Assembly (NCBI GenBank): GCA_036270315.1
Contig: DATBCS010000035.1
Coordinates: 1 to 47,020 of the forward strand
Reading direction: 5' to 3'
DNA: 47,020 bases
From: Gemmatimonadales bacterium
GTDB lineage: Bacteria > Gemmatimonadota > Gemmatimonadetes > Gemmatimonadales > GWC2-71-9
The position numbers and the translations under genes were made by a program. How positions within the stretch are numbered: position 1 is the stretch's first letter; the number at the start of each line of letters is the position of its first letter. Under the pieces are notes generated by a model, which saw only the letters and a program-made list of their open reading frames with translations, was not told where the DNA came from and searched no databases. Positions 16,249-26,296 of the stretch are shown here, piece by piece.

Positions 16249-17562
16249 ATGCCCAGCCCAGCCACGGAATCGCTCGGTCTGCGCCTGCTCGCGCTCGTGG
16301 CCCTCGTGCTCGCCAACGCGTTCTTCGTCGCCGCCGAGTTTGCGCTGGTGGCGGCGCGCCGCACCCGGATCGAGGCGCTGGTCCGGCGCGGCGACCGGAA
16401 GGCGAAGACCGTGCAGACGGCGCTGCAGGATCTCTACCGCCAGCTCTCCGCGGCGCAACTCGGCATCACCGTCGCCTCGATCCTCCTCGGCTATGTGGCC
16501 GAGGACACCGTGGCGCATCTGTTTCGAGACTGGTTCGCGGCGCTGCCGCGGGCGCTCGATTTTCTCACGCGCGGCGGGATCGCTTCGGTCCTCGCCGTTG
16601 CGCTCATCTCGTTCCTCCATGTGGTGTTCGGCGAGCAGGCGCCGAAGGCGTGGGCGATCACCTACCCGGAGCGCACCAGCCGCTGGATCGCGGCCCCGCT
16701 GATCATGTTCTCGTGGATCACCCGACCGTTCACCGAGCTCTTGAATCGCAGCGCCAACCGCGTGGTGCGGCTGCTCGGCGTGAAGGGCCTCGCGGCCGAG
16801 CTCGACCGGATCCACTCGCCGGAGGAGCTCCGCATGCTCGTCGAGCAAAGCCGGCAGCGAGGCAAGTTGGATGCGGACGACGCGCGGCTCCTGCAGGGCG
16901 TGTTCGAGTTCAGCGAGAAAACCGCCCGCGAGGTCATGACCCCGCGCACCGAGATGATCGCCCTGCCGGTGGGTCTGACGTTGGAGGAGGCGACGGACCA
17001 GGTGGCCGTCGCCGGGCGCTCCCGCTATCCCGTCTACGGCGAGTCGCTCGACGACATCGTCGGCGTGGTCCACGCGAAGGACATCCTGGCTGGCCTGCGC
17101 TCCGCGAAAGGGGGCGGCCTGCGCGACGTGGTGCGCCCCGCGGCGTTTGTTCCGGGCACGCGCGAGGTCGAGGACGTGCTCGCCGACATGAAGCGACAGA
17201 AGTTCCATCTCGCCATCGTGCTCGACGAGTTCGGCGGCACGGCGGGCCTCGTCACCATGGAGGACCTGCTCGAGGAGATCGTGGGCCAGATCTACGACGA
17301 GTATGACCGGCCCACGGGGGAGCAGCGGGTTGCGCCGGTGGGCAGTGCGCCGCTGCTCGCGGGCTCCACGCCGATTCGTGAGGTGAACGACGTCTTCGGG
17401 CTCGGGTTGGACGAAGGCGCCTACACGACCATTGGCGGCTACTTGTTCGGGGTGTTGGGTCGGCTCCCCAAGGTCGGCGACCAGGTGGCCGTGAAGGGAG
17501 CGGTGTTCGAGATCATGGAAATGGACAACCGCCGGGTCGGCGTCGTGCGTGTGCTGCGCTGA
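16249..17562 (+). CDS. CNNM/DUF21-CBS-CorC_HlyC family protein (hemolysin-like, putative Mg/Co efflux)
   Basis: FFVAAEFALV (DUF21), a CBS pair (AREVMTPRTEM..., IVGVVHAKDIL) and the C-terminal CorC_HlyC region (GGYLFGVLGRLPKVGD). Confidence 0.88.
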   Translation: MPSPATESLGLRLLALVALVLANAFFVAAEFALVAARRTRIEALVRRGDRKAKTVQTALQDLYRQLSAAQLGITVASILLGYVAEDTVAHLFRDWFAALPRALDFLTRGGIASVLAVALISFLHVVFGEQAPKAWAITYPERTSRWIAAPLIMFSWITRPFTELLNRSANRVVRLLGVKGLAAELDRIHSPEELRMLVEQSRQRGKLDADDARLLQGVFEFSEKTAREVMTPRTEMIALPVGLTLEEATDQVAVAGRSRYPVYGESLDDIVGVVHAKDILAGLRSAKGGGLRDVVRPAAFVPGTREVEDVLADMKRQKFHLAIVLDEFGGTAGLVTMEDLLEEIVGQIYDEYDRPTGEQRVAPVGSAPLLAGSTPIREVNDVFGLGLDEGAYTTIGGYLFGVLGRLPKVGDQVAVKGAVFEIMEMDNRRVGVVRVLR

Positions 17563-17585
17563 CTAGGGCTGCTCGCCGGCCCGGG

Positions 17586-18383
17586 TCAGCGCTGCTGCCG
17601 GGCCGCGAGCGCCACCCCCAGTTCCAGCGCGGCGCGCATCGACCGGGGGTCGGCGATCCCGCGGCCCGCAATGTCGAACGCCGTGCCGTGATCGGGACCG
17701 ACGCGGGGGAATGGCAAGCCCAGCGTGACGTTTACGCCCGTCCCGAAGCCCGCCACCTTCACCGCCGTCATGCCGACGTCGTGATACGGCGCGAGCACCG
17801 CGTCGAACTCGCCCCGCAACGCCCGAACGAACACGGTGTCCGCGGGCAGCGGTCCCCGAGCCCCCAGGGCCTCGGCCGCCGGCCGGAGCACGCGCTCGTC
17901 CTCGTCGCCGAACAGGCCCGATTCACCGGCGTGGGGGTTGAGGGCGCAGACGGCGAGGCGCGGCCGCGCGATCCCCCACCACGTCGTGAGCGCCTGTGCG
18001 GTGAGCCGGCCGCAGCGCATCACCCGCTCGGTCGTCACGTGGGCGGGCACGTCCTTCAGGGCGATGTGGGTGGTCACGAGCGCCACCCGGAGGGCGCCCG
18101 CCGCGAGCATCATGGCAACGTCCACGTCGCCCGCGAGGTGCGCCAGGAACTCGGTGAGCCCGGGATAGCGAAACCCCGCCACGTGGAGCGCGTGCTTATG
18201 CACCGGCCCGGTGACGATCGCCTCCACCTCGCCCGCCCGCGCGAGCGCCACCGCCTGTTCGACGGCGAGCGCCGCCAGGCGACCGGCCTGGCGCTCCTCC
18301 GCGCCCGCGCCCCAGGATCCCACGCCGACCTTCCGCGCCGCGGCGATCCCGGCGATCTGATCGTCGGCGCCAATGAGCGTCAC
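17586..18383 (-). CDS. pdxA: 4-hydroxythreonine-4-phosphate dehydrogenase PdxA; coordinates are the minimal ORF, and homology continues upstream to about 18467
   Basis: ITGPVHK, ALNPHAGE, APYHDVG and TLGLPFPRVGPDHGTAFDIAGRG match PdxA. The conserved N-terminal RLAVTLGDPRGIGPEVV is encoded in frame at 18467-18417, upstream of the first canonical start (GTG 18383). See finding. Confidence 0.85.
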   Translation of the reverse strand: MTLIGADDQIAGIAAARKVGVGSWGAGAEERQAGRLAALAVEQAVALARAGEVEAIVTGPVHKHALHVAGFRYPGLTEFLAHLAGDVDVAMMLAAGALRVALVTTHIALKDVPAHVTTERVMRCGRLTAQALTTWWGIARPRLAVCALNPHAGESGLFGDEDERVLRPAAEALGARGPLPADTVFVRALRGEFDAVLAPYHDVGMTAVKVAGFGTGVNVTLGLPFPRVGPDHGTAFDIAGRGIADPRSMRAALELGVALAARQQR

Positions 18384-18486
18384 GTCCGCGTCGAGCCCGG
18401 CGGCGAGGGCGCGCGTGACAACCTCCGGCCCGATGCCGCGCGGATCGCCGAGCGTGACGGCGAGGCGGGGACGGGGTGGGACGACG

Positions 18487-19800
18487 CTAGAGGCGGACGT
18501 CGACGTAGGTCGTGCGGCGCAGCGTGTCGAGGTAATGCTTGATGGCGAGCTGCTGGCCGAGCGCCTCGCGGATCCGGTCCTTCACGTCGGGGAAGGTGAG
18601 CTCCCCCTCTGGCAGGCGCTTGACGAGCTCGAACACCACGAAGCGCGGCCGGGCCGAGGTGGCGCCGACAACGAACACGGGCTTGAGCCCCGGCACCGTG
18701 TCGTTCCCCACCGCCTTAGCGTAGTCGGGCGGAAGCTGGGAGAGCGGCAGCGCGTCGGCCAGTTTGGGCTCATTGGGATCCGAATAGCGGCGCGCCAGCG
18801 TGTCGAACGGGGCGCCGGCCGCCAGGGCAGCGTGCACCGAATCCGCTTGCCGCCGGGCGATGGCGATTTGCGCAGGAGAGATCGTAGGCTGGATCAGGGC
18901 GTGGCGCGCGAGCACCTCGGCGGGCTGGGCCCGCTCCACCTGGATGATGTGATAGCCGAATTCCGTCTCCACCGGGTCCGAGATGATGCCCGGCCGCAGC
19001 GCGAACGCGACGTCTTCGAACTCCTTCACCATGATGCCGCGACGGAACCACCCCAGCTCGCCGCCCTGTTCGCGCGACGCGCTGTCGGCCGAGTACTTCT
19101 TCGCTACATCGGCGAAGGTCGCCCCGTGGCGCAGCGCCACGGCGAGCGACTCCGCGAGTTGCCGCGCGCGGGCCTGGGCGGCCGAGTCGGGCTTGGGCAC
19201 GATGACGATCTGGCGGAAGGAGATCGCCGCGGGGCGCTTGGGCTGTTGGGCCCGGTTCGCCTCCCAGAAGGCGCGCATCTGGGCTTCCGTGGGTGCGATC
19301 GGCCGGAGCTTACCCTTGCTCTTCAGTGTCTCGATCAAGCGCGACTGCAGGATCTGGCGGCGCTGCTGCTCCGCGAGCCAGCGGCGCCACTCCTCCTCGG
19401 AGCCGAACTGCGCCGCCTTGAGCTGCGCCTGAAACTCCACGGTCGACGGGAATTGCTTCTTCACGTTCTGGACCGTCTGCTCCACGTTGTCCTGGATTTC
19501 TTGGTCCGTCACCTTGATGGTCGTGTCGCGCTCCGCCTGCTGCACCATCAGCTGCTCGTCCACCATGTCGGAGAGCATCTGGCGCCGGGTCGCCTCGCGG
19601 CCCGCGGAGTCCTCCGGGATCTTCGCGCCCTGCGATTGGGCGAGCACGATCTGTTCCTCGATCTGCGACGCGAGGATCGGCCTCGAGCCCACAATGGCCA
19701 CGATGCGGTCGACCGGGTGGGGAGTTGTGGACGCGCCCTGCGCCGGGGCGCGCCGGGCCGCGCCGGCGGCAACGCCCAGCAGCAGGAGGGCTCGCCCCAT
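18487..19800 (-). CDS. surA: SurA-like periplasmic chaperone / parvulin-type peptidyl-prolyl isomerase
   Basis: Track ORF trimmed to ATG 19800 ([22 protein letters not shown], a signal peptide). Parvulin domain: [21 protein letters not shown]...[11 protein letters not shown]. Sits directly upstream of pdxA, as in the classical surA-pdxA arrangement. Confidence 0.82.
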   Translation of the reverse strand: MGRALLLLGVAAGAARRAPAQGASTTPHPVDRIVAIVGSRPILASQIEEQIVLAQSQGAKIPEDSAGREATRRQMLSDMVDEQLMVQQAERDTTIKVTDQEIQDNVEQTVQNVKKQFPSTVEFQAQLKAAQFGSEEEWRRWLAEQQRRQILQSRLIETLKSKGKLRPIAPTEAQMRAFWEANRAQQPKRPAAISFRQIVIVPKPDSAAQARARQLAESLAVALRHGATFADVAKKYSADSASREQGGELGWFRRGIMVKEFEDVAFALRPGIISDPVETEFGYHIIQVERAQPAEVLARHALIQPTISPAQIAIARRQADSVHAALAAGAPFDTLARRYSDPNEPKLADALPLSQLPPDYAKAVGNDTVPGLKPVFVVGATSARPRFVVFELVKRLPEGELTFPDVKDRIREALGQQLAIKHYLDTLRRTTYVDVRL

Positions 19801-19810
19801 CGCGCGCACG

Positions 19811-21271
19811 TTAGCGCGCCCCTCGCTTGCCGCTGTCGCGCGCCACGGGCGGCGGACCCGGGGCCCGTTTGAAGCCCGTGGGCGGCGCGCCACCCGGCGG
19901 CGTCGAGTCGACGGTCGCGCGGATCGCCTGCGCGCGCTCCAGCGCCCGCGCGATCCCCGCTTCGTTGAGCGACCACGGCTCACCCTGGCGCAGGGCGTTG
20001 GCGAGGAAGGGTGGCACCGGGAACAACTGCGCCTTGCCCTGCTTGAGCGCGTCGTCGAGGTAGGCGTCGAGATGCGCCATCGCGAGGCGGGTGCGTGCCG
20101 GCGCCGTGGTCGCCGAGTCCTTGAGCAGGCGCGGCGAGATGCCGCTCAACCGCTCCAGCCTGGCCAGCGCGGAGTCGTGCTCGGCACGCACCTGCTTCCA
20201 GTCCGCGGCGGTGAGGGGCACCCCCGCCGAGTCGACTTGGTGCAGCAGCATTTCCCGCTCCGTCAGGACGCGCAGGAACTGGTTGAGCTGCGCGTCGCTC
20301 GCCGTCGCGATGCCGCGCACGTCGTTCGGGTCCAAGGCGAGGAGCCAGCGCGCCAGGTCCTTCACGCGGAACGCCCCGCCCTGGTAACTCGCGAGCGTGC
20401 GGTCGTCGTCGCGCGCCGCCACGATTTGGGACACTGCCTGCCGCACCACCGCCGGCGCCGACGCGCGCAGCTCGAGGCGGCGCCGCGTGGAGAGGCTGTC
20501 CAGGTACAGGGAGTCGAAGTGCACCGTGCGGGCGGCCTGCAGGGCGACGCGGAAGGAGTCGCGCACCTCCCCGAGCGGCGGCCGCCGGATGATGTGGAAC
20601 CCGTACGGCGAGCGGACCAGCCCGCTCACGCCTCCGGGTGCGAGAGCCCAGGCGGCGCTGTCGAACGCCGGCACGAACTGACCGCGGCCGCCGGCCGGAA
20701 GGTAGCCGCCCCGAGTCTTCGAGCCCGGATCGTCGGAATAGCGGCGTGCTAACTCAGCCAGATTGGCCCCGTGCTGCGCGACGACTTGCCGCAGCAACCC
20801 TTGCGCCTGCTTTTCCTTGCGCGCGAGCTCGGGGGGCGCGGCACTGGGGGGCACTTGGAGGAGGAGGTGCTGGAACAGCCGGACCGTGCCGGCCCCGTAC
20901 GCCGAGTCGGTCGCTTGGGGTGTGAGGCTCGTGCGCGCCGCCATCGCGCCGTCGTGGAACCGCTCCCACCGGATCTGCGCCACGGCCGGCCACTGGGCCG
21001 CGAGCACCAGCGCGGAGTCGTCCAGGTCGCGGCCGCGCGCCGCCTCGACGGCGAACAGCGTGTAGTCCAAGTACACGCTCGCGAGGCCCGTGAGGACGTC
21101 CACCCGGAGCGGCACGCGCTTCGCGTGCCCGGCCAGGTCCGCCAGCCGCTCGACGCTCAGGGTCTGGCCGGCGGCCGACCCCGCCACCTCCGGGTGCGCC
21201 GAAAACGCATCCCGCACCGCGGTGCACCCGGCGAGCGTGAGGACCGCGAGCATCAGCCCCAACCGTCGCAT
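19811..21271 (-). CDS. parvulin-type peptidyl-prolyl isomerase lipoprotein (PrsA/SurA-like)
   Basis: Track ORF trimmed to ATG 21271 ([16 protein letters not shown], with a lipobox). Parvulin domain: [21 protein letters not shown]...SPYGFHIIR. Confidence 0.8.
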   Translation of the reverse strand: MRRLGLMLAVLTLAGCTAVRDAFSAHPEVAGSAAGQTLSVERLADLAGHAKRVPLRVDVLTGLASVYLDYTLFAVEAARGRDLDDSALVLAAQWPAVAQIRWERFHDGAMAARTSLTPQATDSAYGAGTVRLFQHLLLQVPPSAAPPELARKEKQAQGLLRQVVAQHGANLAELARRYSDDPGSKTRGGYLPAGGRGQFVPAFDSAAWALAPGGVSGLVRSPYGFHIIRRPPLGEVRDSFRVALQAARTVHFDSLYLDSLSTRRRLELRASAPAVVRQAVSQIVAARDDDRTLASYQGGAFRVKDLARWLLALDPNDVRGIATASDAQLNQFLRVLTEREMLLHQVDSAGVPLTAADWKQVRAEHDSALARLERLSGISPRLLKDSATTAPARTRLAMAHLDAYLDDALKQGKAQLFPVPPFLANALRQGEPWSLNEAGIARALERAQAIRATVDSTPPGGAPPTGFKRAPGPPPVARDSGKRGAR

Positions 21272-21281
21272 GCCGTCTCCT

Positions 21282-24200
21282 TTAAGCGTGAGCGTCCTCG
21301 AGGACCGCCGTGAGGGCCCGCACGAGACCGCGGCCCAGCGTTTCGCCCCCGACCCGGCGCAGCCGGAGTGACAGCGGTGTCGTCCGTCGCACCTCGGCTT
21401 CGAACTGCACCACATCGAGCGCCGCCGTGAGGCGGGCGAGCCGGGGTCGCGCGTCGCGGCGAAACGTCAGCCGCGCCTCGTCGCCCGCGATCAGGACCGT
21501 TTCCAGCCCCACCCGGGCGCCGAGCGCGCGGAGCTCGGACACCAGGAGCAGCCGCTCAGCCGTGTCGGGCAGCGGCCCGAACCGGTCGCGCAACTCGTCG
21601 CGGATCGCTTGAATCTCGCCAGCCTGGTCGGCCTTCGCCAGCCGCCGGTACAGATCGAGCTTCACTGCCTCGTCCGGTACGTACGCGTCGGCGAGGTGCG
21701 CCGGCTGATCGAGCGTCACGTCCGGCGGCACCGCCGTCGCGCCCCCGTTCCCGTCGCCGCGCAGGGTGGCCACCGTTTCTTCGAGCCAGCGCAGATAGGT
21801 GTCGAAGCCGACCGCGTGGGCGTAGCCCGACTGCGCGGCGCCGAGCAGATTCCCGGCACCGCGCAGCTCGAGATCGCGCAACGCGATGCGATACCCCGAC
21901 CCCAGGTCGGTATGATGCTCGAGCACCTGCAGGCGTTGCTCGGCGTCGGGGTCCACGAGGTCCGGCACCAACAGGTAGCAGTAAGCCCGGCGGTGGCTCC
22001 GCCCCACCCGACCGCGCAGCTGATACAGTTGCGCGAGGCCGAACTGGTCGGCGCGGCTCACGAGCATGGTATTGGCGTTCGGGACGTCGAGCCCGGACTC
22101 GACGATCATCGTGGACAGGAGCACGTCGACCTCGCCGCGCACGAAGCGCGCCATCACGCGGTCGAGCTCCGCCTCCTTCAGCTGGCCGTGCGCCACGGCG
22201 ATCCGCGCCTGGGGCGGTGCCAGGGCTCGCACCCGCGCGGCGATCGTGTCGATCGTTTCAATCCGGTTGTGGACGAAGTACACCTGGCCGCCCCGGTCCA
22301 GCTCGCGCGCGAGCGCTTCTTCGATCAAGGCGTCGTCCCAGGGCTCGATGAAGGTGAGCACGGGCGAGCGGTCCTTGGGCGGTGTCTCGAGCAACGTCAT
22401 GTCCCGGAGGCCGGCGAGCGACAGGTGCAGGGTGCGCGGGATTGGCGTCGCGGTGAGCGTCAACACGTCGACGGCGAGCTTCAGCGCCTTGAGGCGTTCC
22501 TTGTGCCGCACCCCGAAGCGGTGCTCCTCGTCCACGACGAGGAGCCCGAGGTCGCGAAACGTCACATCGCGCGACAACAGGCGATGGGTCCCGATGACCA
22601 CGTCGACGTCGCCCCGGGCCATCCGTTCGGTGACGAGTTTCGTGTCCTTCGAACTGCGGAACCGCGACAACACCTCAATCCGCACCGGATAATCGGCCAG
22701 CCGCTCGCGGAAGGTGCGGCCGTGCTGCTCCGCGAGAATCGTGGTGGGGACGAGCACCGCGACCTGCTTGCCGGCCTGGATCGCCTTGAACGCCGCCCGC
22801 AGCGCCACCTCGGTCTTGCCGTAGCCCACGTCGCCGACCAGCAAGCGATCCATGGGCCGCGGGCGCTCCATGTCGCGTTTCACTTCCTCGGAGGCGCGGC
22901 GCTGATCGGGGGTGTCCTCGTACAGGAACGCGGACTCGAGCTCCTGTTGCCACGGCGTGTCGGGCGGGAACGCGAACCCGGAGGCGAGCTGGCGCCGCGC
23001 ATACAGGTCGAGCAGCTCAACCGCCATGTGCTGGATCGCGGCGCGCGTCTTGTCGCGCTGGCGTTGCCAGGTGGTGGCGCCGAGGCGATGCAGCCGCGGC
23101 GGCGGCGCGTCGCCGTCCCCGCCGGCGCGGTACGGCTCGAGCTGGTCCAGGCGGTAGACCGGTACGTTGAGACGGTCGCCGCCTTCGTACTCGACGACCG
23201 CCACCTCGAGCGTCCCGCCCGCGGCACCCACGGCGATCGTCTGGATCCCGCGGTAGATCCCGATGCCGTGCTCCAGGTGCACGACGTAGTCGCCCGCCTT
23301 GAGCGCGCGCGTCGCTGCCGTGGGGGCGGCCGCGCGGTAGCGCCGGGGCCGCCGCAGCCGCCGCGCGCGCCGGAAAATCTCGTGGTCGGTGAGCACGCGG
23401 AGCCCGGGCAGCACAAACCCACCGTCGAGCGCGCCCACGACGAGGGTCGCGCGTCCCGCGGCGAGCAGCTCCTCCAGCCGCTCGAGCTGCCCCTCGTTGT
23501 CGCACAGGATGACCGTGGGCGGCTCCGTCGCGATGATCTGGCGCAGCCGGCGGAGGTCGCGATCGACGGCGTCCGGGGGCGCCACGGGGAACCGCGCGTC
23601 AGGGTCCGGCGCCTCGAGCGCCAGACGGCCGAAGCGGGCGACCCGCGTCCGCCACTCGTCGGGATCGACGAACAGCGCTTCGCGCGCCGGTGCCTCCTCG
23701 CCCAGCCGGCGGGCCACTTCGAGGTGGTGCGCCGCCTCCGCCCAGGCACGGTCGACCTCCCGCCCCAGCGCCGCCTCTTGCTCCAGCACGACCACCGCGT
23801 CCCCGGGGAGCAGCTCGAGCAGCGAGGAGCGCACCGTCGGGCCCTCCCGAAACGCCTCGGCGGGCTCCGCCCGAATCGGCAGGATGGTGACTCGCTCCAC
23901 GGGGTCGCCGGAGCGTTGGGAATCGAGATCGAAGGCCCGGAGGGACACGATTTCGTCGCCCCACCATTCGATCCGCGCCGGTGCCGCCATCCCGAATCCA
24001 TAGACGTCGAGAATGCCGCCGCGGACACTGAACTGGGCCACTTCCGTCACCGTGGGCACGCGCGCATAGCCCATCCGCTCGAGCCGCCGGACGGCGGCGC
24101 TCAGCGTCGCCTCCGGCACCGCCGGCGACCCGGCGGACAGCACCAATCGCATGGACTGGAGGGCGGCGGGGACGCCGGTGCGCTCCGCGGTGGCGCGGGC

Positions 24201-24563
24201 GGTCGTGACGAGCAGGCGGATGCGCCCCGACAACAATCCCTCGAGCGTCTCGATCCGTTCGCCGGCGATCTCGAAATGCGGTTCCTCGGCGCCCAGCGCT
24301 TCGCGCTGCGGGTACAGCGCCGCCGCGTCACCGCTCAGAGCCGCGGCATCGGCGAGCCAACGCTCGGCGTCGGTCGGCGTGGGCGCCACGATCACGAAGA
24401 CGCGCTGGGGGAGACGGCGAGCCAGGGTAGCGAGCAGCACGACCGGGCTCGAGCCCGGGAGCCCTGCGAGCCCGAGGCCGGTACCGGGGGCGGGCAGGCG
24501 GTCGGCCAGCGCGCGCGTCGCCGGCAGCGTGTCGAAGCGGTCGAGCAGGAAGTCGAGCGGCAT
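21282..24563 (-). CDS. mfd: transcription-repair coupling factor Mfd
   Basis: Track ORF trimmed to ATG 24563 (MPLDFLLDRF...). CarD-like segment (GDYVVHLEHGIGIY), superfamily-2 helicase motifs (GDVGYGKTEVA, VVDEEHRFGV, TLTATPIPRT, LRGRVGRS) and a TRCF C-terminal domain. The start overlaps the upstream stop (TGATG). Confidence 0.93.
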   Translation of the reverse strand: MPLDFLLDRFDTLPATRALADRLPAPGTGLGLAGLPGSSPVVLLATLARRLPQRVFVIVAPTPTDAERWLADAAALSGDAAALYPQREALGAEEPHFEIAGERIETLEGLLSGRIRLLVTTARATAERTGVPAALQSMRLVLSAGSPAVPEATLSAAVRRLERMGYARVPTVTEVAQFSVRGGILDVYGFGMAAPARIEWWGDEIVSLRAFDLDSQRSGDPVERVTILPIRAEPAEAFREGPTVRSSLLELLPGDAVVVLEQEAALGREVDRAWAEAAHHLEVARRLGEEAPAREALFVDPDEWRTRVARFGRLALEAPDPDARFPVAPPDAVDRDLRRLRQIIATEPPTVILCDNEGQLERLEELLAAGRATLVVGALDGGFVLPGLRVLTDHEIFRRARRLRRPRRYRAAAPTAATRALKAGDYVVHLEHGIGIYRGIQTIAVGAAGGTLEVAVVEYEGGDRLNVPVYRLDQLEPYRAGGDGDAPPPRLHRLGATTWQRQRDKTRAAIQHMAVELLDLYARRQLASGFAFPPDTPWQQELESAFLYEDTPDQRRASEEVKRDMERPRPMDRLLVGDVGYGKTEVALRAAFKAIQAGKQVAVLVPTTILAEQHGRTFRERLADYPVRIEVLSRFRSSKDTKLVTERMARGDVDVVIGTHRLLSRDVTFRDLGLLVVDEEHRFGVRHKERLKALKLAVDVLTLTATPIPRTLHLSLAGLRDMTLLETPPKDRSPVLTFIEPWDDALIEEALARELDRGGQVYFVHNRIETIDTIAARVRALAPPQARIAVAHGQLKEAELDRVMARFVRGEVDVLLSTMIVESGLDVPNANTMLVSRADQFGLAQLYQLRGRVGRSHRRAYCYLLVPDLVDPDAEQRLQVLEHHTDLGSGYRIALRDLELRGAGNLLGAAQSGYAHAVGFDTYLRWLEETVATLRGDGNGGATAVPPDVTLDQPAHLADAYVPDEAVKLDLYRRLAKADQAGEIQAIRDELRDRFGPLPDTAERLLLVSELRALGARVGLETVLIAGDEARLTFRRDARPRLARLTAALDVVQFEAEVRRTTPLSLRLRRVGGETLGRGLVRALTAVLEDAHA

Positions 24564-26296
24564 CAGCGGCTGAGCGTCGCGACCCCCAATTCCGCAAAGG
24601 CGACGAGCAGCGCCAATGCGAGGAGTGGGCCGCTCGCGTCGCTGCGCCGCGTGCCGGCGAACCGCTCGGCCGCAAAGCTGACATCGTCGAGCACGGCTGC
24701 GCCGAGCACGTGGCGCACGAGGTCGGGGGTCGCGGGCGTGAGATCCGATTCCCGGGGGTCGATGCCGTACACCGTGGCGCCGATGGTGTCGGCGCCGCGC
24801 GTCTGGAACGCCACATGCGGCGCGCCCTCCGCCTCGACCACCGACGCCTCCCCCCGGGCCAGCCGGTTCACGAGCGCGTCGATGAACGGGACGAACGCCG
24901 GCGCGCGCGGGAGGGCCGTCCAGGCGGTGTCGAGTCGGCTGCCCAGGAGCACCACGCCGGCGTCGCGCACAAGCCACGCCTCGCCGTTCACCGTCGCGAG
25001 CACGGCGCTGTCGCCCGGCCACCGCGGTGCTCCCGTGCCCGCGGCCCGCTCGCCGTCGCGCGGTGGGGGGTCAAGCTGGTAACGATGCGTGACCTCGAGC
25101 CCGCCGATACCCGCGACCGCCGTGACGAGCGGACCGGGGGTGCCCGGGGCCCCGAACCGCCAGCGCACCCCCCGGCCGGCGAGCCCGCGGTTCGCCTGGC
25201 CGACGAGCGCCGGGTCCGCCGGCGGGAGGATAATGCTCGCTCGCGCACCCGCGGCCGGGCGGTCGCCGATCGACAGATCGGGCCCGCGCGTCACTTTGCG
25301 GGCCTCCTCCAGCACCGCGAGCGCCGCCGCGACAAACGGCCCAGCGCTCGGGTCGGCGGCGACCCGCGCGGGGGGCGCCACGCGCCACACGAAGAGCCGC
25401 CGATCGTCCGCCCGGAGCTCGTCTGGGTCGAGCGTCGCCTCGCCCAGCCACCAGCCCGGCGCGAGCGGGGGCAGGGAGATCGCTACAGCGGCTCCCGGGG
25501 CCGCGAGCGCACGCCCCGTCTCGCGCCCCCGGACGCGCACCGTCACGGGCGCGGGGGCTGCTCCCGGCGTCCCCACGACGGTGATCGCGACCGCCGCATC
25601 CGACACGCGCGCCGCCCCGATGCCCCGGTTCAGCGGCGTCTGGCCCGACGGCGCCAGCGCGAACACGCGTACGCCGCGGGGCACGTCCGCCTGCCCCGGG
25701 CCGAGCGCGCTCCGCTGCAGGTCGCTCACGAGGTGTACTTCTCGCGCCGCCCGGGGCTCCGCGTCCACCAGCCGGGCGGCCTGACGCACCGCAGCGGTGA
25801 GGTCGAGCCGCACGGGGGACACCGCGATGCTGTCCACGGTCGCGAGCAAGCGTTCCCGCGTCCCGGCCCGGGCCACGCCGTCCGCCAGCAGGAGCCACAG
25901 GCGGTCCTCCGGCGTGGTGCCCGCGAGCGAGCCGCGCGCCACGGTCTTGAGGCGATCGAGCACCGGCCGGCCGTCGACCACGGCGCCCGACGAAGGCGAG
26001 TTGTCGAGGATAAGCGCGAGGGCGGTGGGCTCGTGTGTAGACGGGTTGCCACGGCGGGACGGCACGAGTGGCCGCGCCGCGGCCAGTACGATCAGCGCGA
26101 TCAGGGCGGTCCGCAGCAGCAGCAGCAGGAGGTGGCGGAGCCGCAACCGTCGCGCGCTCTGGCGCTCCGCTTCGGTGACGTAGCGCAGCGGCGGGAACTC
26201 GGCCTCGGGCGGCTCGCGCCGCCCGAGCAGGTGGAGCAGCGTCGGGATCCCCGCCGCGACGAGCCCGACCAACACCAGGGGATGCAGGAACGTCAC
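24563..26296 (-). CDS. BatA/aerotolerance-regulator N-terminal domain membrane protein
   Basis: Track ORF trimmed to GTG 26296, which overlaps the DUF58 stop (GTGA). VTFLHPLVLVGLVAAGIPTLLHLLGRR is the typical BatA-type N-terminus, followed by a second TM segment and a long extracytoplasmic region. Confidence 0.72.
   Translation of the reverse strand: MTFLHPLVLVGLVAAGIPTLLHLLGRREPPEAEFPPLRYVTEAERQSARRLRLRHLLLLLLRTALIALIVLAAARPLVPSRRGNPSTHEPTALALILDNSPSSGAVVDGRPVLDRLKTVARGSLAGTTPEDRLWLLLADGVARAGTRERLLATVDSIAVSPVRLDLTAAVRQAARLVDAEPRAAREVHLVSDLQRSALGPGQADVPRGVRVFALAPSGQTPLNRGIGAARVSDAAVAITVVGTPGAAPAPVTVRVRGRETGRALAAPGAAVAISLPPLAPGWWLGEATLDPDELRADDRRLFVWRVAPPARVAADPSAGPFVAAALAVLEEARKVTRGPDLSIGDRPAAGARASIILPPADPALVGQANRGLAGRGVRWRFGAPGTPGPLVTAVAGIGGLEVTHRYQLDPPPRDGERAAGTGAPRWPGDSAVLATVNGEAWLVRDAGVVLLGSRLDTAWTALPRAPAFVPFIDALVNRLARGEASVVEAEGAPHVAFQTRGADTIGATVYGIDPRESDLTPATPDLVRHVLGAAVLDDVSFAAERFAGTRRSDASGPLLALALLVAFAELGVATLSR

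Noticed and set aside
16063-17208. Long antisense ORF (381 aa) opposite the CorC/HlyC-type gene. Similar long antisense or out-of-frame ORFs occur at 15174..16148, 15232..16002, 18373..19872, 19487..20752, 21609..25082, 24710..26344, 27190..29088, 29288..30361, 30965..33493, 36284..38014 and 38138..39430.
   Set aside because: Their translations are Arg/Pro/Gly/Ala-rich low-complexity strings with no family motifs. Each fully overlaps a gene on the other strand or in another frame that has clear family signatures. These are typical shadow ORFs of GC-rich DNA, where stop codons are rare.
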